From: Psychrobacter sp. DM4
Lineage (GTDB): Bacteria; Pseudomonadota; Gammaproteobacteria; Pseudomonadales; Moraxellaceae
Reading direction: 5' to 3'
Assembly (NCBI RefSeq): GCF_051307035.1
Contig: NZ_CP195536.1
Location: 2,550,001 to 2,582,000, forward strand
DNA: 32,000 nucleotides
Positions 30,426 through 32,000 of the stretch are shown in pieces. The position numbers and the translations under genes were made by a program. A model generated the notes under the pieces. The model did not search any database and was not told the origin of the DNA. It saw only the letters and a program-made list of their open reading frames with translations. Each line of letters begins with the position of its first letter. Position 1 is the stretch's first letter.

Positions 30426-30968
30426 CTAAGGCGTCACCCAAGTTACCACGCGATCCTCCATCTCATCATCAGTGATACCCGTTTCGGACACGCAGCGCCC
30501 TGCTATGCCCACGTTAGCCGCACGCATTTGCTGCTGAGTTGCGACCGCATCGTTAGTCAGAAGTAGATGCCATTCTGGTAGCGCTTGCCCTTTATATAGC
30601 CTTTTATACGCGCAGTGCTCAGGTAGCCACATCATCGTCGGCACCTTATCGGGCGTCAATTGAATACAGTCAGGCACGTAATGCTGGCGTGTTGCGTAGT
30701 GCTGGCAGTAGCCCGTCGCGCAGTCCATAAGCTTACAAGCGACATCGGTATACTCAACCAGCTCCTCATCTACATCGCCATTCTCGTCTTCATCGATAAA
30801 CTTAATCAAACAGCAACTACCGCAGCCATCACATAGGGCTTCCCACTCGCTATGATTTAGCTCATCAAGCGTATACGTTGACCAAAACTGCGCACGCAAG
30901 GTGTCAGCCTTTGGCTGCGTAGAAGTATGTAAGTCGACAGCGTGTTGATTGAGTAAATTAATAGTCAT
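30426..30968 (-). CDS. ycgN: YcgN family (UPF0260) cysteine-cluster protein
   Basis: 180 aa. EWEALCDGCGSCCLIKFIDEDE, VACKLMD..TGYCQHY, PDCIQLTPDKVPTMMWLPEHCAYKRL, LPEWHLLL. These parallel E. coli YcgN as recalled. Confidence 0.85.
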   Translation of the reverse strand: MTINLLNQHAVDLHTSTQPKADTLRAQFWSTYTLDELNHSEWEALCDGCGSCCLIKFIDEDENGDVDEELVEYTDVACKLMDCATGYCQHYATRQHYVPDCIQLTPDKVPTMMWLPEHCAYKRLYKGQALPEWHLLLTNDAVATQQQMRAANVGIAGRCVSETGITDDEMEDRVVTWVTP

Positions 30969-31114
30969 AAAATTGCCGTAGCATTCTGATAAAGAGCGTT
31001 ACAGTATTATAGCTGTTTTTGACTGGGATGGGCGTTAAGGTAGTACGGGTCAATCAAATGATGTGTTCCCCAAATAGACAACTATAAATTTATAACATAA
31101 AAAAGGATAACAAA

Positions 31115-31852
31115 ATGTCAATTAAGACCTTTGAGTTAATCAGTACCACAGAGAACAACGTCGAGCTTATTAGCTATGTTGCACTACCTGAAAACGCGGC
31201 GGACGATCATCCAGTCCCAGGTATCATGGTCGCGCCAGAATGGTGGGGCGTGGTCGATCACCCAAAAGATACCGCTGAAAAACTTGCCAAAGCCGGTTAC
31301 GCGGCTGTTGTTATGGATGTATACGGCGAAGGTAAATTGACAGGCGATGCGGCACAAGCGAATATGTGGATGGAGCAAGTGCTCGCCGATCAAGACATGC
31401 TCATGTCACGCTGCCGCCTAATCTTAAATGACTTTAGCGATCAGTTGGCTGTCGATGGTGACAATCTAGGCGCGATTGGCTTTTGTTTCGGTGGTAAAGT
31501 CGTCCTCGATATGGCCCGCGAAGGAATGCCACTAAAAGCTGTTGCCAGCTTCCATGGTAACTTAGCACCTAAGCAGCCTGCGGACAATAACTTTAGCGCA
31601 AAAGTGCTCGTCGCTCACGGCGCAGATGACTCTATGGTCTCTATGGATGCGGTCGCGGACTTCAAAAAAGAGATGGACAACGCAGGCGCTGACTATACCG
31701 TCGACGTCTATGACAACGCTAAGCACGGGTTTACCAACCCGCATGCGGATGAGCGCGCTGCCAAAAACGATATCGATTTGGGCTACAACGAAAAAGCGGC
31801 TAATGAGAGCTGGGATAAAATGATGGACTTTATGAAAGCTAATTTGTCATAA
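31115..31852 (+). CDS. dienelactone hydrolase family protein
   Basis: 245 aa. Nucleophile elbow GFCFGG, HGADD, KHGF histidine motif. RBS AAGGA. Confidence 0.88.
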   Translation: MSIKTFELISTTENNVELISYVALPENAADDHPVPGIMVAPEWWGVVDHPKDTAEKLAKAGYAAVVMDVYGEGKLTGDAAQANMWMEQVLADQDMLMSRCRLILNDFSDQLAVDGDNLGAIGFCFGGKVVLDMAREGMPLKAVASFHGNLAPKQPADNNFSAKVLVAHGADDSMVSMDAVADFKKEMDNAGADYTVDVYDNAKHGFTNPHADERAAKNDIDLGYNEKAANESWDKMMDFMKANLS

Positions 31853-31881
31853 ACAAATAAACTAATCTCTCATCTTCTCAA

Positions 31882-31913
31882 AACAGAGCACGGTTATCCT
31901 GCTCTGTTTTTTT
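31882..31913 (+). terminator. intrinsic terminator after the dienelactone hydrolase gene
   Basis: AACAGAGCA (31882-31890) pairs with TGCTCTGTT (31900-31908), followed by T6. Confidence 0.85.
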
Positions 31914-32000
31914 GTGCGTCACATTATTTTGTAGATAAACGGGTTCAAGGAAATTTACCAAGTTGTGTTTATCGTAAAATAGCGTCATCATCAGTTTATT

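Overview
This looks like a housekeeping chromosomal segment of a gammaproteobacterium in the Moraxellaceae. The 16S sequence and gene set resemble Psychrobacter, but that call is from memory, not a search. The main landmark is a complete minus-strand rRNA operon at about 4.84-10.17 kb: 16S, tRNA-Ile(GAU), tRNA-Ala(UGC), 23S, 5S. Three tandem near-consensus promoters sit upstream of it and a 12-bp-stem terminator closes it. About 25 protein genes surround the operon. Recognisable ones are a 5'-truncated Na+:solute symporter, a rhomboid protease, a 5'-nucleotidase, a dodecin, a UDG-superfamily glycosylase divergent from upp, ydfG, a THI5/NMT1-like protein followed by two alpha/beta hydrolases, DUF1653, tyrS, anmK, fabF, an M24 aminopeptidase, lnt, corC, a DUF4105 membrane protein, a lipoprotein, ycgN and a dienelactone hydrolase. 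Many convergent gene pairs are separated by clear hairpin terminators. I found no transposase, integrase, phage gene, CRISPR array, toxin-antitoxin pair or recognisable defence gene, and I cannot support a convincing novel multi-gene system here. The best leads are modest. (1) A DUF4105/Lnb-N-like membrane protein lies divergently next to corC-lnt. (2) A signal-peptide-less THI5-like protein appears to lack the PLP lysine and is clustered with two hydrolases. (3) A 230-aa orphan protein. (4) An EF-hand-like loop inside a large insertion of the symporter. (5) A triple rrn promoter. All functional calls rest on motifs I recognise by eye and need HMM or BLAST confirmation.
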